This document shows, piece by piece, positions 27,788 through 37,794 of a DNA stretch of 64,000 bases; the first letter of the stretch is position 1; every line of letters starts with the position of its first letter. The stretch lies in the IMG/VR virus record IMGVR_UViG_3300036770_001537. One strand, written 5' to 3'. The translations under genes and the position numbers were made by a program. The stretch comes from a virus. The notes under the pieces are model-generated. The model did no database searches and had not been told where the DNA came from. It saw only the letters and a program-made list of their open reading frames with translations.

Positions 27788-27863
27788 TGGTGGACCCGGA
27801 GGGATTTGAACCCCCATCTGAACCGTTATGAGCGATTGGCATTAACCGTTATGCTACAGGTCC
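27788..27863 (-). tRNA. tRNA with CAU anticodon (Ile2-like or Met)
   Basis: GGACCTG TAGCATAACGGTTAATGC C AATCG CTCATAA CGGTT CAGAT GGGGG TTCAAAT CCCTC CGGGTCC A CCA. Confidence 0.9.
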
Positions 27864-27882
27864 GTTTCTTTAGTGTCCGAGA

Positions 27883-27911
27883 AGTATAACCGATGGTTGG
27901 TCGGATGTCAA
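27883..27911 (-). promoter_or_regulatory. early promoter of the tRNA operon
   Basis: TTGACA-17-TATACT. Confidence 0.8.
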
Positions 27912-29003
27912 GAGAAAAATGCTTCGAGGGATGAAGTTTTTTCCGTCTTCCACCCAATAGAGTCAAGAATAATTTTGAGTGGTTCAACAAACGACTTCTC
28001 GAACTGTATATCATAGTCGATATATTTTGTCAAGTCAAATTCTTCTGGAATAGTTTGTGGGAATGAGATGATATTAGATTTAACGGTATTTGGTTCTTTG
28101 AGATAGATAAATTTGATCTTTTCACCTTCCTTGATAAGTTGATACTTCTTATCCAGCTTTTTCATAGCCACAAGTTTGTTATAAAGTAATGACCCTCTCA
28201 CATGAATGGGTATTCCTTTATCAACCCTGGAATATTTATCTAGTCCATTTACACCTCTTGGAAAAGCAATATCTGCTGGATTCTGCTTTCTAAATTTTGC
28301 CTTGAAATCTTGAATGAAGTCGATAAGTTCTGCCTCACTTTTGTTTAGAATAATATCCAATGCTTCCCATAGTTTATCCTTACACGCGGATGGTGTAGAA
28401 CTCTTAATCATTTCAAGACCCATAACCTTTGGTTCTGGTTTGGCATACTCTACGCCTTCATTATTATACACATTCATAACATATCTTTTCTTGGCAGTCC
28501 AGATACCCTTATCTGCCAAGGCTTCACGCTTCATGATCATCTTTTGAGAATACGCATTAGTATATCTATAAAGTTCATCATAAGAATCGTTAATAAATGG
28601 TTGAATTTTATTTTCGCATACCTTATCCAAGAATGCGATAATCGATTTTGTTGAAGCAGAATGATTCTGTTTTTTAATAGTCTGCCTAACAAGTTCATCA
28701 AATACAATATAAATTGAGTCAGTATCCGATGCAACGATGTAATCCTTATTGCTGTTCAGTATTTTATTTAGGTATTGATTAATTTTCTTTTCAATCCATC
28801 GAATTGACAATTGCCCTGATGTGGTAATTGCTGTTGCCTGACGAATATCATAAAACCTAAAATATTCATTACCAATTGATCCATATGCCGAGTTAAAGAC
28901 ACACCTTTTTAGCCAATTGCAGGTTATTATACCTTGCAATTTTCATTTCAAGAATATGCTTAAGTTCTTCTAATTCACTGTCAGATAAATTTTCTAACTG
29001 CAT
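27908..29003 (-). CDS. 43: DNA polymerase gp43, C-terminal subunit; needs a +1 shift at 28898-28892
   Basis: ATG 29003 MQLENLSDSELEELKHILEMKIARYNNLQLAKKVCL-TAA; +1 frame NSAYG..., ASDTDS, AKKRY. Confidence 0.85.
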
Positions 29004-29745
29004 CAAAACATTTCCCTTTCGTTTTTTTAATCTCTATATCCGTAAATCTAATTATATCATAACCGTGTTGGATTGCAAGTTTATTATATTCTTCATCCAA
29101 CATCTTCTGTTTATCTGTACTATGCCAAAATACTCCATCAAGTTCTATAAGAAGTTTATCTAATACCAAAAAATCATATCTGTGTCCTTCACCATTAATT
29201 TGATATTGTTTAATGAATGATATATTATTTTCTTGGCAAAATTTTTCGAAAGACCTCTCAATCGAGGTTTCTCTTCTATTAAAATTTTTATTATGAATAC
29301 CTGTTACGCCATCGAATGCTAATTGACGAAGAATATCTTTTATTTCCGGTTTCTTCTCATACATCAAAAGAGACGCATCTCTTTTGGACCTTGTATCAAC
29401 ACCAAGTTTTTTCATATATAAAAAAACAGATGATGCACTCATATCATACTTATCAGCAATTTCATATAAATTTAATTTATTATCAATATATTCTTCTTTT
29501 AATGTATCATAATCAAATTTTTGAATGCGATCATGATACTGCTTAGAAGTTTTTGATTTTCCATTTTTACTCACACTAACAAAATGTGACATATTATGCC
29601 TTCTTATGCCGTTATAAATAGCGGCATAAGGCAAACTTAGTGATTTGGAAATCTCACTTACACTGAATCCTTCAATAAGCATTTTTTCAATTTGTTTTAT
29701 GTTCAAATTAACAATTTTGGTGATATGACTATTTTGATTTGGCAT
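28981..29745 (-). CDS. EDxHD/Vsr-like (DUF559) homing endonuclease with N-terminal HTH repeats
   Basis: ETSIE..KQYQI..YDF..IELDGVFWH..D; lies between the two gp43 halves. Confidence 0.8.
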   Translation of the reverse strand: MPNQNSHITKIVNLNIKQIEKMLIEGFSVSEISKSLSLPYAAIYNGIRRHNMSHFVSVSKNGKSKTSKQYHDRIQKFDYDTLKEEYIDNKLNLYEIADKYDMSASSVFLYMKKLGVDTRSKRDASLLMYEKKPEIKDILRQLAFDGVTGIHNKNFNRRETSIERSFEKFCQENNISFIKQYQINGEGHRYDFLVLDKLLIELDGVFWHSTDKQKMLDEEYNKLAIQHGYDIIRFTDIEIKKTKGKCFDAVRKFI

Positions 29746-29793
29746 AAAATACTCCCGCTTTCGGAACAGAGGTATTTAGTATTATTTTGTCTG

Positions 29794-31299
29794 CTATACT
29801 TTTTTGCGACGATTAATCTCCGCCATAACTTTCTCTAGGTCTTTCTTCGCTTCAATCGCTTTCTTTTTATATACAGTTCTATCATTATACATATCTTCCA
29901 TCATCTTAGAAAGAAATCCTTGCTTATCCACACGGAAGAATTGTCCGTTTGGAGTCAGCGTAACAGATTCTTTAGGCAGACCTGATGTATCAATTTCTTT
30001 CTCCAACATTCTATCTACAGTAATGCCCTGACTGATAATATCCCTCATGTTATGGTTATACTTATCAGGCTCAATAAACATTTCTGGTGATATGTTGTAT
30101 TGAATAATCAAATGTGGATATAGAGAGTTCAAATCAAAGGATGCCATCCAATGATGTAGGCCGATGATAGGTTCTTTAACATATGCTCCAACATATGCTG
30201 CATTCTTACTGTTTTTGCGAACAGGAGGAATTACAACATTGTTTTTCTTGAGATGATTATAGATGAGAGCATCCCACATTCTAACCTGTGTGAATACATC
30301 ATCATAATTGGTCTTGGAATCATATGCTAGAGTTAGGGCAAGTTCTAATAGTTTTAGTTTGTCATCAAGCCTCTCGATCAGTTCAACGTCCTTGATGTTA
30401 TACTCAATGAACAGTTGAAAATTGTCACGATAAAGAGTATGAAGATTCCCATATTCCTCATATGACAACTTACGCTCTTTCAGTTCAATATGTGCGATGT
30501 TATCAAGTCTATATGAATCCCTAGACTTTCCAGAAGGAGCATACTTTTGATATAGTTCAATATAATCCAGACAAGAAATGCCTAGAATTGTGTATGTCTT
30601 GGACTGTCTGCCCATACTGAAATTGGTAATTCTATCATATACAGTATTCCAAGGGGAAAGTCTTTTCATAAAGTCTTCTCCCATCAACTTGGTAATTCTA
30701 TTCACAAGATATGGAATATCGAACATCTTCACGTTCCATCCCGTGATGATGTCTGGATAATTGCCCGACCATTCATCAATGAATCTCTTGATTAGATCGA
30801 TTTCATTCGCACATTTGATATACTTAACATCATCTCTAGTATTGTGGAAATCTCCACAACCAAAGACGATATAGGTATCACCCATCTTATATGTGATGGC
30901 AGTAATAGGTTCATATGCAGTTTCGGGCTCAGGAAAACCATTTTCCGAGCCTACCTCGATGTCAATATTGCAGATATTAATATAGTCTTTATCCCATTCA
31001 ACATCATCTGGATGCTGATCAGAAATGAACGCATACTCATACTTCTGCATACCATATACTTTGAAGTTTTCAACTTCACTGTACTTATCGACAAAATCCC
31101 GACAGTCTCTGATACTGCCGGGTTCAATCTTATCTACATATTCACCATAAATTGTGGTATATTTTGTGGGCTTGTTTGATGAAACAAATAGAGTGGGATT
31201 ATACCCCACTCTACCTCTTACTTTTCTACCATTTTCAACACCTCGGTAAAGAATTTTTGAACCATAAGTCTGAACATTTGTGTAGAATGTCTTTGTCAT
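29794..31299 (-). CDS. 43: DNA polymerase gp43, N-terminal subunit (exonuclease + motif A)
   Basis: DIEV, ITGWN..FDIPY, YNIKDV, SFDLNSLYPHLI; ends in the fingers at DRTVYKKKAIEAKK... Confidence 0.92.
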   Translation of the reverse strand: MTKTFYTNVQTYGSKILYRGVENGRKVRGRVGYNPTLFVSSNKPTKYTTIYGEYVDKIEPGSIRDCRDFVDKYSEVENFKVYGMQKYEYAFISDQHPDDVEWDKDYINICNIDIEVGSENGFPEPETAYEPITAITYKMGDTYIVFGCGDFHNTRDDVKYIKCANEIDLIKRFIDEWSGNYPDIITGWNVKMFDIPYLVNRITKLMGEDFMKRLSPWNTVYDRITNFSMGRQSKTYTILGISCLDYIELYQKYAPSGKSRDSYRLDNIAHIELKERKLSYEEYGNLHTLYRDNFQLFIEYNIKDVELIERLDDKLKLLELALTLAYDSKTNYDDVFTQVRMWDALIYNHLKKNNVVIPPVRKNSKNAAYVGAYVKEPIIGLHHWMASFDLNSLYPHLIIQYNISPEMFIEPDKYNHNMRDIISQGITVDRMLEKEIDTSGLPKESVTLTPNGQFFRVDKQGFLSKMMEDMYNDRTVYKKKAIEAKKDLEKVMAEINRRKKV

Positions 31300-31301
31300 T
31301 T

Positions 31302-31616
31302 TTATCCTTGTGGTAAAAGTAGTCCGCTTGTTGGAGTAATGATTCCAGAGAATGTTGAATTATACTGAGACACAAACTCTTTCACAGGGTTCATTATAGC
31401 AAGAACATGAGATTTTTCAAGCAAAAACGCCTCATCGTCCGAAAATTCTGCCCACGGTGCAAGACCAACTGTTGGGCTGTTTGGATTCGATTTGTTTGGA
31501 ATCACAACAACCCTAAGAGGATTCTTGACCGTAACTTGAAATCCTACATCAGATACCACTTCACATAGAATTTCTTCACCATTGATTAGTCTAACCAGTT
31601 TAATATTTTTTGTCAT
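31302..31616 (-). CDS. Sm-like conserved T4-like protein
   Basis: IKLVRLINGEEILC..NPL..LAPW. Confidence 0.7.
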   Translation of the reverse strand: MTKNIKLVRLINGEEILCEVVSDVGFQVTVKNPLRVVVIPNKSNPNSPTVGLAPWAEFSDDEAFLLEKSHVLAIMNPVKEFVSQYNSTFSGIITPTSGLLLPQG

Positions 31617-31819
31617 TAGTCTACAATCTCCGCCATATAGTCGATTACATCGACAGTTACCCATTTCTCGGGAATTAGTGTTACAGATACACCATTCTCA
31701 TTACGATATGTGTATCCATTTTCAGTGTCCATAATCTTGACAACTTTTTCCCATTTGTTGTCATATGCACGTTGAATAAAGTCTGTTTCAAGAACAACCA
31801 TTTCAGTTAAGTTCATCAT
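31616..31819 (-). CDS. hypothetical protein
   Basis: AGGAG RBS. Confidence 0.65.
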   Translation of the reverse strand: MMNLTEMVVLETDFIQRAYDNKWEKVVKIMDTENGYTYRNENGVSVTLIPEKWVTVDVIDYMAEIVD

Positions 31820-32646
31820 TATCTCCTATTAAAATTTTTCATAACAACATTCCACTCTTTCCAATTCTCATTCTGTATATCTATCTTATGTAGATCAAAC
31901 ATTTTAGGATTTGCTCTATAATTCATCAAAAGAATTGTTTGATCATCATCAACCAACCCACAGTCTAAAAGAGAGCCCATAGACCTCATATTCATATGTT
32001 TGTGTTTTAACCAAGGGTCTTTACCGCCTACAATGTGACATCCCATGATATATACTGAATTTGTTCGCACAATATCAAATATTGGCCGTCCAAAATCCAT
32101 AGGCCGTTTAATAAAATAGTGCATTTTATCTGAATCGAAATCATATTCCCATAAAAGAGTATCGGGTAACATTTCAGGATTTCTGACATATCCAAAGTCT
32201 AACCAAGCAGCCAAATTTGTCTTGATAATCGCATTATCATATGCATGATTAACGAAATCTGTTTTCATATAATTTACCAAAACATAATCAGCATTCCAAT
32301 ACTCCGGCATACGTGGGTCGTCAACAAATTTATAATACTCTGGTTGCCTTTGAATTTTTTCTATAGTAGGCTTCATATTCTTTACTGTTTCTTGAAAATT
32401 TGTAGAAATCACCGTAGTATTTGATTCGGGTGCATTATTTTTTCTGATATTTTCAATACGATTGACATTTTGTTCATCGCAAAATATGATCATATCATTT
32501 TTCATTTTAGATAAATTTTCAAAATAACTAAAATATAATTCTGTTGACCTTGGAATGTAATGTGGAGTTTCGACATTGTGTATAGTTTTATTCCAATTAG
32601 ACCTTCCTATATCAAAGAAGGCCGTTACAATTGTTATATCACTCAT
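31819..32646 (-). CDS. HtrL/YibB-family protein
   Basis: ITIVTAFFDIGR, WNADY, WLDFGY, VDDDQTI. Confidence 0.8.
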   Translation of the reverse strand: MSDITIVTAFFDIGRSNWNKTIHNVETPHYIPRSTELYFSYFENLSKMKNDMIIFCDEQNVNRIENIRKNNAPESNTTVISTNFQETVKNMKPTIEKIQRQPEYYKFVDDPRMPEYWNADYVLVNYMKTDFVNHAYDNAIIKTNLAAWLDFGYVRNPEMLPDTLLWEYDFDSDKMHYFIKRPMDFGRPIFDIVRTNSVYIMGCHIVGGKDPWLKHKHMNMRSMGSLLDCGLVDDDQTILLMNYRANPKMFDLHKIDIQNENWKEWNVVMKNFNRR

Positions 32647-32670
32647 GATATTACATCCTTTTTAAGAAAA

Positions 32671-33534
32671 TTATAGAAAGCGAATCCTCGACATTATGCT
32701 ATTATCCCACCAATCTAAGAAGATATTCATATCCATATATTTGTTGGGCCTGTTATTCCTGAACATAGGCTGACTTAACATATTATAGTACAACTCATCA
32801 TTGTTGTCAACTTCAATTATTCTTTCTAAAAATTTAGTATCATCACGATAATCATGCCAGTTAATCATAGCATCTGGATTAAAATCTAAATCTATTGTTG
32901 GGCTTCCCCAATACACAGGAATTGTTCTAGCATAAAAAGAATGTAATATTTTTTCTGTAGCATATCCAGCATAACTACTATTCTCAAACGCCAAATTGAA
33001 TTTTCTAGTTTCAAGAAATTCTATCTTATCTCTGGTCAATCTTGATAATTTATAGCCTATATTATTGAAAAGTGGACCTCCGCTATCAACCTTTTTATAT
33101 TCATTGATGAGACCAAATAATTGATTGCGTTTTTCAGAGTATGGATTACTGACTACAAAAGTTGCAAATCCGGTTTTATCTTTTGGAGGAGGGAAATTAT
33201 CAATATCATAAAATCCTTGTTCTTTGGTTAGAGAGTATATTTCATGTATATATAGAGGCATTCTGAAATGACGACTGTCATCAATATGATCAAAAGTTAT
33301 ACCAGCATGACACTTATAATTCCAAAATCTCCTATTTTCTCCTGTAACAAAAACTTTAAATACTTTTTGGGGATCATATTGTTCATTCTTATTACCGAAA
33401 TTCTCATCACCAAATATCAATATATGTGGATTGTCGTCATCTCTAACAACATCATATTTTTGTTTTAATATACCCATAAACCAATCTGGCGTCATTCCAA
33501 AATCTGCAAATCCTATCTTTATCATGCGTATCAC
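32671..33534 (-). CDS. GT10 alpha-1,3-fucosyltransferase-like glycosyltransferase
   Basis: TGEN, FVVSN, KFNLAFENSSYAGYATEKI, PVYWG. Confidence 0.88.
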   Translation of the reverse strand: MIRMIKIGFADFGMTPDWFMGILKQKYDVVRDDDNPHILIFGDENFGNKNEQYDPQKVFKVFVTGENRRFWNYKCHAGITFDHIDDSRHFRMPLYIHEIYSLTKEQGFYDIDNFPPPKDKTGFATFVVSNPYSEKRNQLFGLINEYKKVDSGGPLFNNIGYKLSRLTRDKIEFLETRKFNLAFENSSYAGYATEKILHSFYARTIPVYWGSPTIDLDFNPDAMINWHDYRDDTKFLERIIEVDNNDELYYNMLSQPMFRNNRPNKYMDMNIFLDWWDNSIMSRIRFL

Positions 33535-33540
33535 CTATAA

Positions 33541-34101
33541 TTATTTGTACCAATACCAAACGTCGTGCTCTGTTGTTAGAATTTCTTTTCCTTTTGTTTT
33601 TGCAAAGTCTTTAACTGCTCGATTAATACAATCTATCAAACTGAAGTCGTGGCCTGAAAAAATTCCACCAGATTTCACCTTATCATAATAATTTTGCATG
33701 TCTTTGGTGACTTGTTCATATGTATGTAGGCCGTCAATGAAAATAAAGTCTAAAGAATTGTCGGGAACATCATTAACTGCATCATCTGAATATTTTTTAA
33801 TAATGTTAACCCTATCACTAAATGGAGACATCCTCTGTAGGAACTCTTTGTATACCATATCTCTCTCATTCTTATTTTCACCGTTCCAGTCAATATAATT
33901 TGCAAAAGGGTCGATACAGTAAATTTTTGTTGTTTTATTGACTCTCAAAAAATATTCTGTCGTATATCCTCTTTCAACTCCAATTTCACATCCAACTGGA
34001 TCGGTCATATTTTTAATCAAATTTCCTATGCCATATCCAGAGATTCCGTGCCCATTAGGTAGTCTACCGCTTGAACTGTATATAAAAACATCGTCGTTCA
34101 T
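33541..34101 (-). CDS. class I SAM methyltransferase (Methyltransf_24)
   Basis: EIGVERG, IDPF, DFIFIDGLHTYE, GGIFSGHD. Confidence 0.85.
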   Translation of the reverse strand: MNDDVFIYSSSGRLPNGHGISGYGIGNLIKNMTDPVGCEIGVERGYTTEYFLRVNKTTKIYCIDPFANYIDWNGENKNERDMVYKEFLQRMSPFSDRVNIIKKYSDDAVNDVPDNSLDFIFIDGLHTYEQVTKDMQNYYDKVKSGGIFSGHDFSLIDCINRAVKDFAKTKGKEILTTEHDVWYWYK

Positions 34102-34138
34102 AATATTTTCCTTTGTTTAATAATTAATATCAAAAAGA

Positions 34139-35218
34139 TCAGCATACCCAAAAATGTTGACGTGCCTTAGTCTTAGCATTGGCTTCATTATCAATCTGAC
34201 TTTTTATCCAATTATATGTGTTCTCAATGCCATCTTTGAGAGAATACTTAGGTTCCCAACCAAGCTCTTTTTTGATAAGTTCATTATGGGAATTTCTTCC
34301 ACGAACACCTGTAGGACCATCGACATACTTAATCTCTACATTATTCTTTCTTTCAATAGACTTTGCGATATCAACAAGTTGATTGATCGTAACCATTTCT
34401 TCTGACCCAATATTTACAGGGCCGCTGAAATCAGACTCCATATGAAGACGTACAGCATCAATACAATCATCAATATACAAAAACGACCTTGTTTGCTCAC
34501 CATCTCCCCAAACCTCAATTGTGCCATCTGATTGAATTACCTTACGGCAAATTGCAGCAGGTGCTTTTTCTCTGCCTCCTTGCCATGTTCCCATTGGACC
34601 ATAGATATTGTGGAAACGTGCAACACGAACTGGAATGTTATAGTTTCTGCTATATGCGAAATATAGGCGTTCTGAAAATAGCTTTTCCCAACCATATTCA
34701 GAATCTGGATTGGCTGGATATGCAGTATCTTCACGACAATCTGGTGCATTTGGGTCCATTTGATTATGTTCTGGATACATACAAGCTGACGAAGAATAGA
34801 AAATCTTGGTTGGTGTTGTTCTAGTAATCTGTCCGAGATGTTGACGTACAACGCCATCCAGAACATTTAGATTGATCATTGCTGAATTGTGCATTACATC
34901 AGCATCATGTTCTCCTGTGAAAATATATCCGGCACCGCCCATATCAGCAGCAAATTGATAGATTTCATCAAAGGGAACATCAAACATAAGATTGAATGTT
35001 TGATAGGGATTTCGTTCGCATCCAGCAAATCGTAGGATTTCATACGCTTCACGAGTATCACGAAGATCACGAATAATAAAATGATCTGCATGAATTTTTC
35101 CAAACTCAGGATATTTGAGGTCTACACCTCTTACCCAATATCCTTCATCTTTCAGTCTTTTTACCATATGTGAGCCGATGAATCCACCGGCTCCTAAAAC
35201 AAGTGCAGTTTTTTTCAT
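34139..35218 (-). CDS. NAD-dependent epimerase, GDP-mannose 3,5-epimerase-like
   Basis: GAGGFIGSH, AADMGGAGYI, SSACMYP, YGWEK, GGREKAPAAICRK. Confidence 0.85.
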   Translation of the reverse strand: MKKTALVLGAGGFIGSHMVKRLKDEGYWVRGVDLKYPEFGKIHADHFIIRDLRDTREAYEILRFAGCERNPYQTFNLMFDVPFDEIYQFAADMGGAGYIFTGEHDADVMHNSAMINLNVLDGVVRQHLGQITRTTPTKIFYSSSACMYPEHNQMDPNAPDCREDTAYPANPDSEYGWEKLFSERLYFAYSRNYNIPVRVARFHNIYGPMGTWQGGREKAPAAICRKVIQSDGTIEVWGDGEQTRSFLYIDDCIDAVRLHMESDFSGPVNIGSEEMVTINQLVDIAKSIERKNNVEIKYVDGPTGVRGRNSHNELIKKELGWEPKYSLKDGIENTYNWIKSQIDNEANAKTKARQHFWVC

Positions 35219-35220
35219 AA

Positions 35221-35763
35221 TTACCTCACGTACCAGAACCAACAACCATTTGACACCATAATAGGTGTTCCAATTTTATTAGATCGTCTAAATTTAGCCA
35301 AAGATTCTTTTACATAGATTTCATCATGGTTGTTACCACAAAAAATACCATTAGACTTGACCATACTATAATACTTTTCCATCTGTTTGTCAAGATTTTT
35401 TAGTGTTGAATTTACACATACAGCATCATATTTGTCTTTAAATTCTAAAGTAGTAAATCTATCAAAGTCTTTTGTATTCTTCTTGAGTATATATTCATGT
35501 TCTGGTGGAGCATCTTCAGATACAACACCATGAATCATGAAAATTTTAGGAACCATTCCAGAATCAGACTCTAACATATATACTGCATTATCACCCTTAT
35601 CTACACCAACATCTAGGATTCTTAGATCACCCCCTCTCATCCTTTTGATATATGGCATGATACCAATTCCGACAACATCCGAAGGGGGCCAAATACCCAT
35701 TTGTTTAGATTGCTCTACTGTAAATAAAGTTGGGTCCATCATCAAATCCATATTATTCTCCAT
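35221..35763 (-). CDS. degenerate methyltransferase-like protein
   Basis: ILDVGVDKG, GIFCGNNH; paralogue of 33541-34101. Confidence 0.6.
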   Translation of the reverse strand: MENNMDLMMDPTLFTVEQSKQMGIWPPSDVVGIGIMPYIKRMRGGDLRILDVGVDKGDNAVYMLESDSGMVPKIFMIHGVVSEDAPPEHEYILKKNTKDFDRFTTLEFKDKYDAVCVNSTLKNLDKQMEKYYSMVKSNGIFCGNNHDEIYVKESLAKFRRSNKIGTPIMVSNGCWFWYVR

Positions 35764-36652
35764 AAATTCTTTCAATTTCTGCTTTGAGGCTTGGGATTCT
35801 GTCATACTGATGAACAATGGCAAATGGTTTACCATCATAAGTTTTCACCACACCAGAATCAAACTTAGGCTGATTATCTTCATAGTTCATTTGATACATC
35901 ATTTGTTTGGTGGGGTCGGCACCAAAATTCAACCCAATATCACCGCTACCGGCTTTTACTGCTTCAAGAGTTGTTCCAAGTTGAATAGCCCAAGCATCAG
36001 AATTGTTGGTCAAGAATGTTTCAGTTGAAAATGGTGGATTATCAATAATAAAGTTATATACTGCCTGATCTACAATAGGAATTGGTCTATTGATAGACAT
36101 TTGGAAAATATGTAGCATGAGCCCTTTTACTGTAAGAAATTCACCAGCAATGATTCCAACATTATAGATGTGCTTATCCTTCAACAAATTATGAAAGAAT
36201 GGTCCAAATGTTTCCATGAGATTTTGATTACCCCAAGGTTCATTTTTATATCTCATGCCTTCGGATGAAGCAACCAGATTATACATATACAGATTGTCAA
36301 CCAACCAGTCAGTAGGATTTTGTTGAAAAACAACATCTCTTGTGTCTGTTGTGATTACATATCGATACTGTGTTTTTGTTGTGTGTAGTGCATTCCAAAG
36401 ATAGAAAAATCTTTCTACATGAGGTGCATTGTTCGTTGGAGCAACCACATCACCATTATCTTTCTGTGTACCATATAATGATAACTCCACACCCATTTCT
36501 GTGAGTTTATCAATTGTTTCCTTGGTCATGTTTGTTCCTGTAAGAACAACATCACCATCAAATCCAGTCTTCTTGATAGAATTGACCCAATACTTTAAGT
36601 CATTCCAAGTATAGTTTGTTGCATTACCGATAATTAAATCTTTGATAGCCAC
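35753..36652 (-). CDS. putative nucleotide-sugar transferase
   Basis: TDTRDVVFQ, DQAVYN, VHQYDR. Confidence 0.7.
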   Translation of the reverse strand: MAIKDLIIGNATNYTWNDLKYWVNSIKKTGFDGDVVLTGTNMTKETIDKLTEMGVELSLYGTQKDNGDVVAPTNNAPHVERFFYLWNALHTTKTQYRYVITTDTRDVVFQQNPTDWLVDNLYMYNLVASSEGMRYKNEPWGNQNLMETFGPFFHNLLKDKHIYNVGIIAGEFLTVKGLMLHIFQMSINRPIPIVDQAVYNFIIDNPPFSTETFLTNNSDAWAIQLGTTLEAVKAGSGDIGLNFGADPTKQMMYQMNYEDNQPKFDSGVVKTYDGKPFAIVHQYDRIPSLKAEIERIYGE

Positions 36653-37389
36653 GGATATCCTCCACCATATTGCTTAAACATTTCAGCATTACCTTTTTCA
36701 AAAAATGAATAATCGCCACCGTATGCCTTTTCCATATCAGGAAGTCTATAGTTTAGTGTGTGCATACCAGTGGTATCAAACTTAGCCATATTTTTGATAA
36801 GCATAAAAAATCTTCTATCTCCACCCCAACCCCAATGCCAGAGATTACATACCTGAATTAGAAATTCTCTCTTGAAGCAGTATGATGATGTGTCTACTAA
36901 AAACTGCTCGGTCTTATCTTTGGTGAACCAAATCGGCCAACGTCCAATACTCTCACAGTTATCGTATGCAAGAAGTTTCTCTGGATGAATATAGACTTTT
37001 CTTAGTGAATGTGCCCATTCTAGATCATCAGTTTCAATCTTATCAACAAGAGTTGTGACATGATCATGATCCCACCAATTATCTTCATCCAGAAATAGTA
37101 CATAATCTTCATTTACCAGATGTGGATATGCAGCATATACACGATGACCGTAAAACCCATTACCACCAACATTAGTAGGTGTGCAAGTAGTAATAGTATA
37201 TTCAAAGGCTTCTTCATTCTTACTCATTAATTGATTGACCTTATCATAGTATTCCGGTCCATCAACAACAAGAAGATGTTTGATATTCTTATAAGACTGT
37301 GATCTAACAGATTCTACTGCTTTTGTTAGATCAGGGAGTCCAATAGTGGGAGTAATCACAACCACAGATTTTTCAATTTTCAATTTCAT
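36634..37389 (-). CDS. GT2 glycosyltransferase
   Basis: VITPT, VVDG, FLDEDN, GGDR. Confidence 0.85.
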   Translation of the reverse strand: MKLKIEKSVVVITPTIGLPDLTKAVESVRSQSYKNIKHLLVVDGPEYYDKVNQLMSKNEEAFEYTITTCTPTNVGGNGFYGHRVYAAYPHLVNEDYVLFLDEDNWWDHDHVTTLVDKIETDDLEWAHSLRKVYIHPEKLLAYDNCESIGRWPIWFTKDKTEQFLVDTSSYCFKREFLIQVCNLWHWGWGGDRRFFMLIKNMAKFDTTGMHTLNYRLPDMEKAYGGDYSFFEKGNAEMFKQYGGGYPWLSKI

Positions 37390-37404
37390 AATAATCCCTT
37401 CTAA

Positions 37405-37794
37405 TTATAAATGATACTTAGGATTTCTGTTACATCCTATATATTTACCATGTATATATTTTGGATGATTTTTGCCGTATGTGTGTCTCTTTTTAGTTGC
37501 CATATCCTTCATATTATCTCTTTGGTTTCCGATGAATAAATGTTCTGGATTTACACATAACGGATTATCACATTTATGTAAAACATGATGAGATTCTGTA
37601 ATATTATGATCCTTATATATTTTCCAACTAACTCTATGGGCTCTCTGCATTATCATACCACTAGGTCTATGGGTAAAAACCCCATATCCGTTTCTTTTTG
37701 TTAATACATTTCCTAACCAGAGCCAACATCCTGTATTTGGCTCTGGTGAAATTTTACTTTCAAATGATTTTATATAATATCTTTCCCAACTCAT
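37405..37794 (-). CDS. HNH endonuclease
   Basis: GCWLW, AHRVSW, VLHKCDNPLCVNPEHL..N..D. Confidence 0.88.
   Translation of the reverse strand: MSWERYYIKSFESKISPEPNTGCWLWLGNVLTKRNGYGVFTHRPSGMIMQRAHRVSWKIYKDHNITESHHVLHKCDNPLCVNPEHLFIGNQRDNMKDMATKKRHTYGKNHPKYIHGKYIGCNRNPKYHL

Noticed and set aside
27826-28014. 62-aa ORF over the tRNA-CAU region
   Set aside because: It overlaps the tRNA, its promoter and the end of gene 43; spurious.
27908-28939. ORF-track start MQGIITCNWLKRCVF for polymerase part B
   Set aside because: It lacks the conserved Q..K...N of motif B, which is present in the neighbouring frame from ATG 29003.
28940-29800. Group I intron or split intein in gene 43
   Set aside because: No room for a ribozyme core, no P/Q/R/S motifs, and no intein N-terminal Cys block or C-terminal HN.
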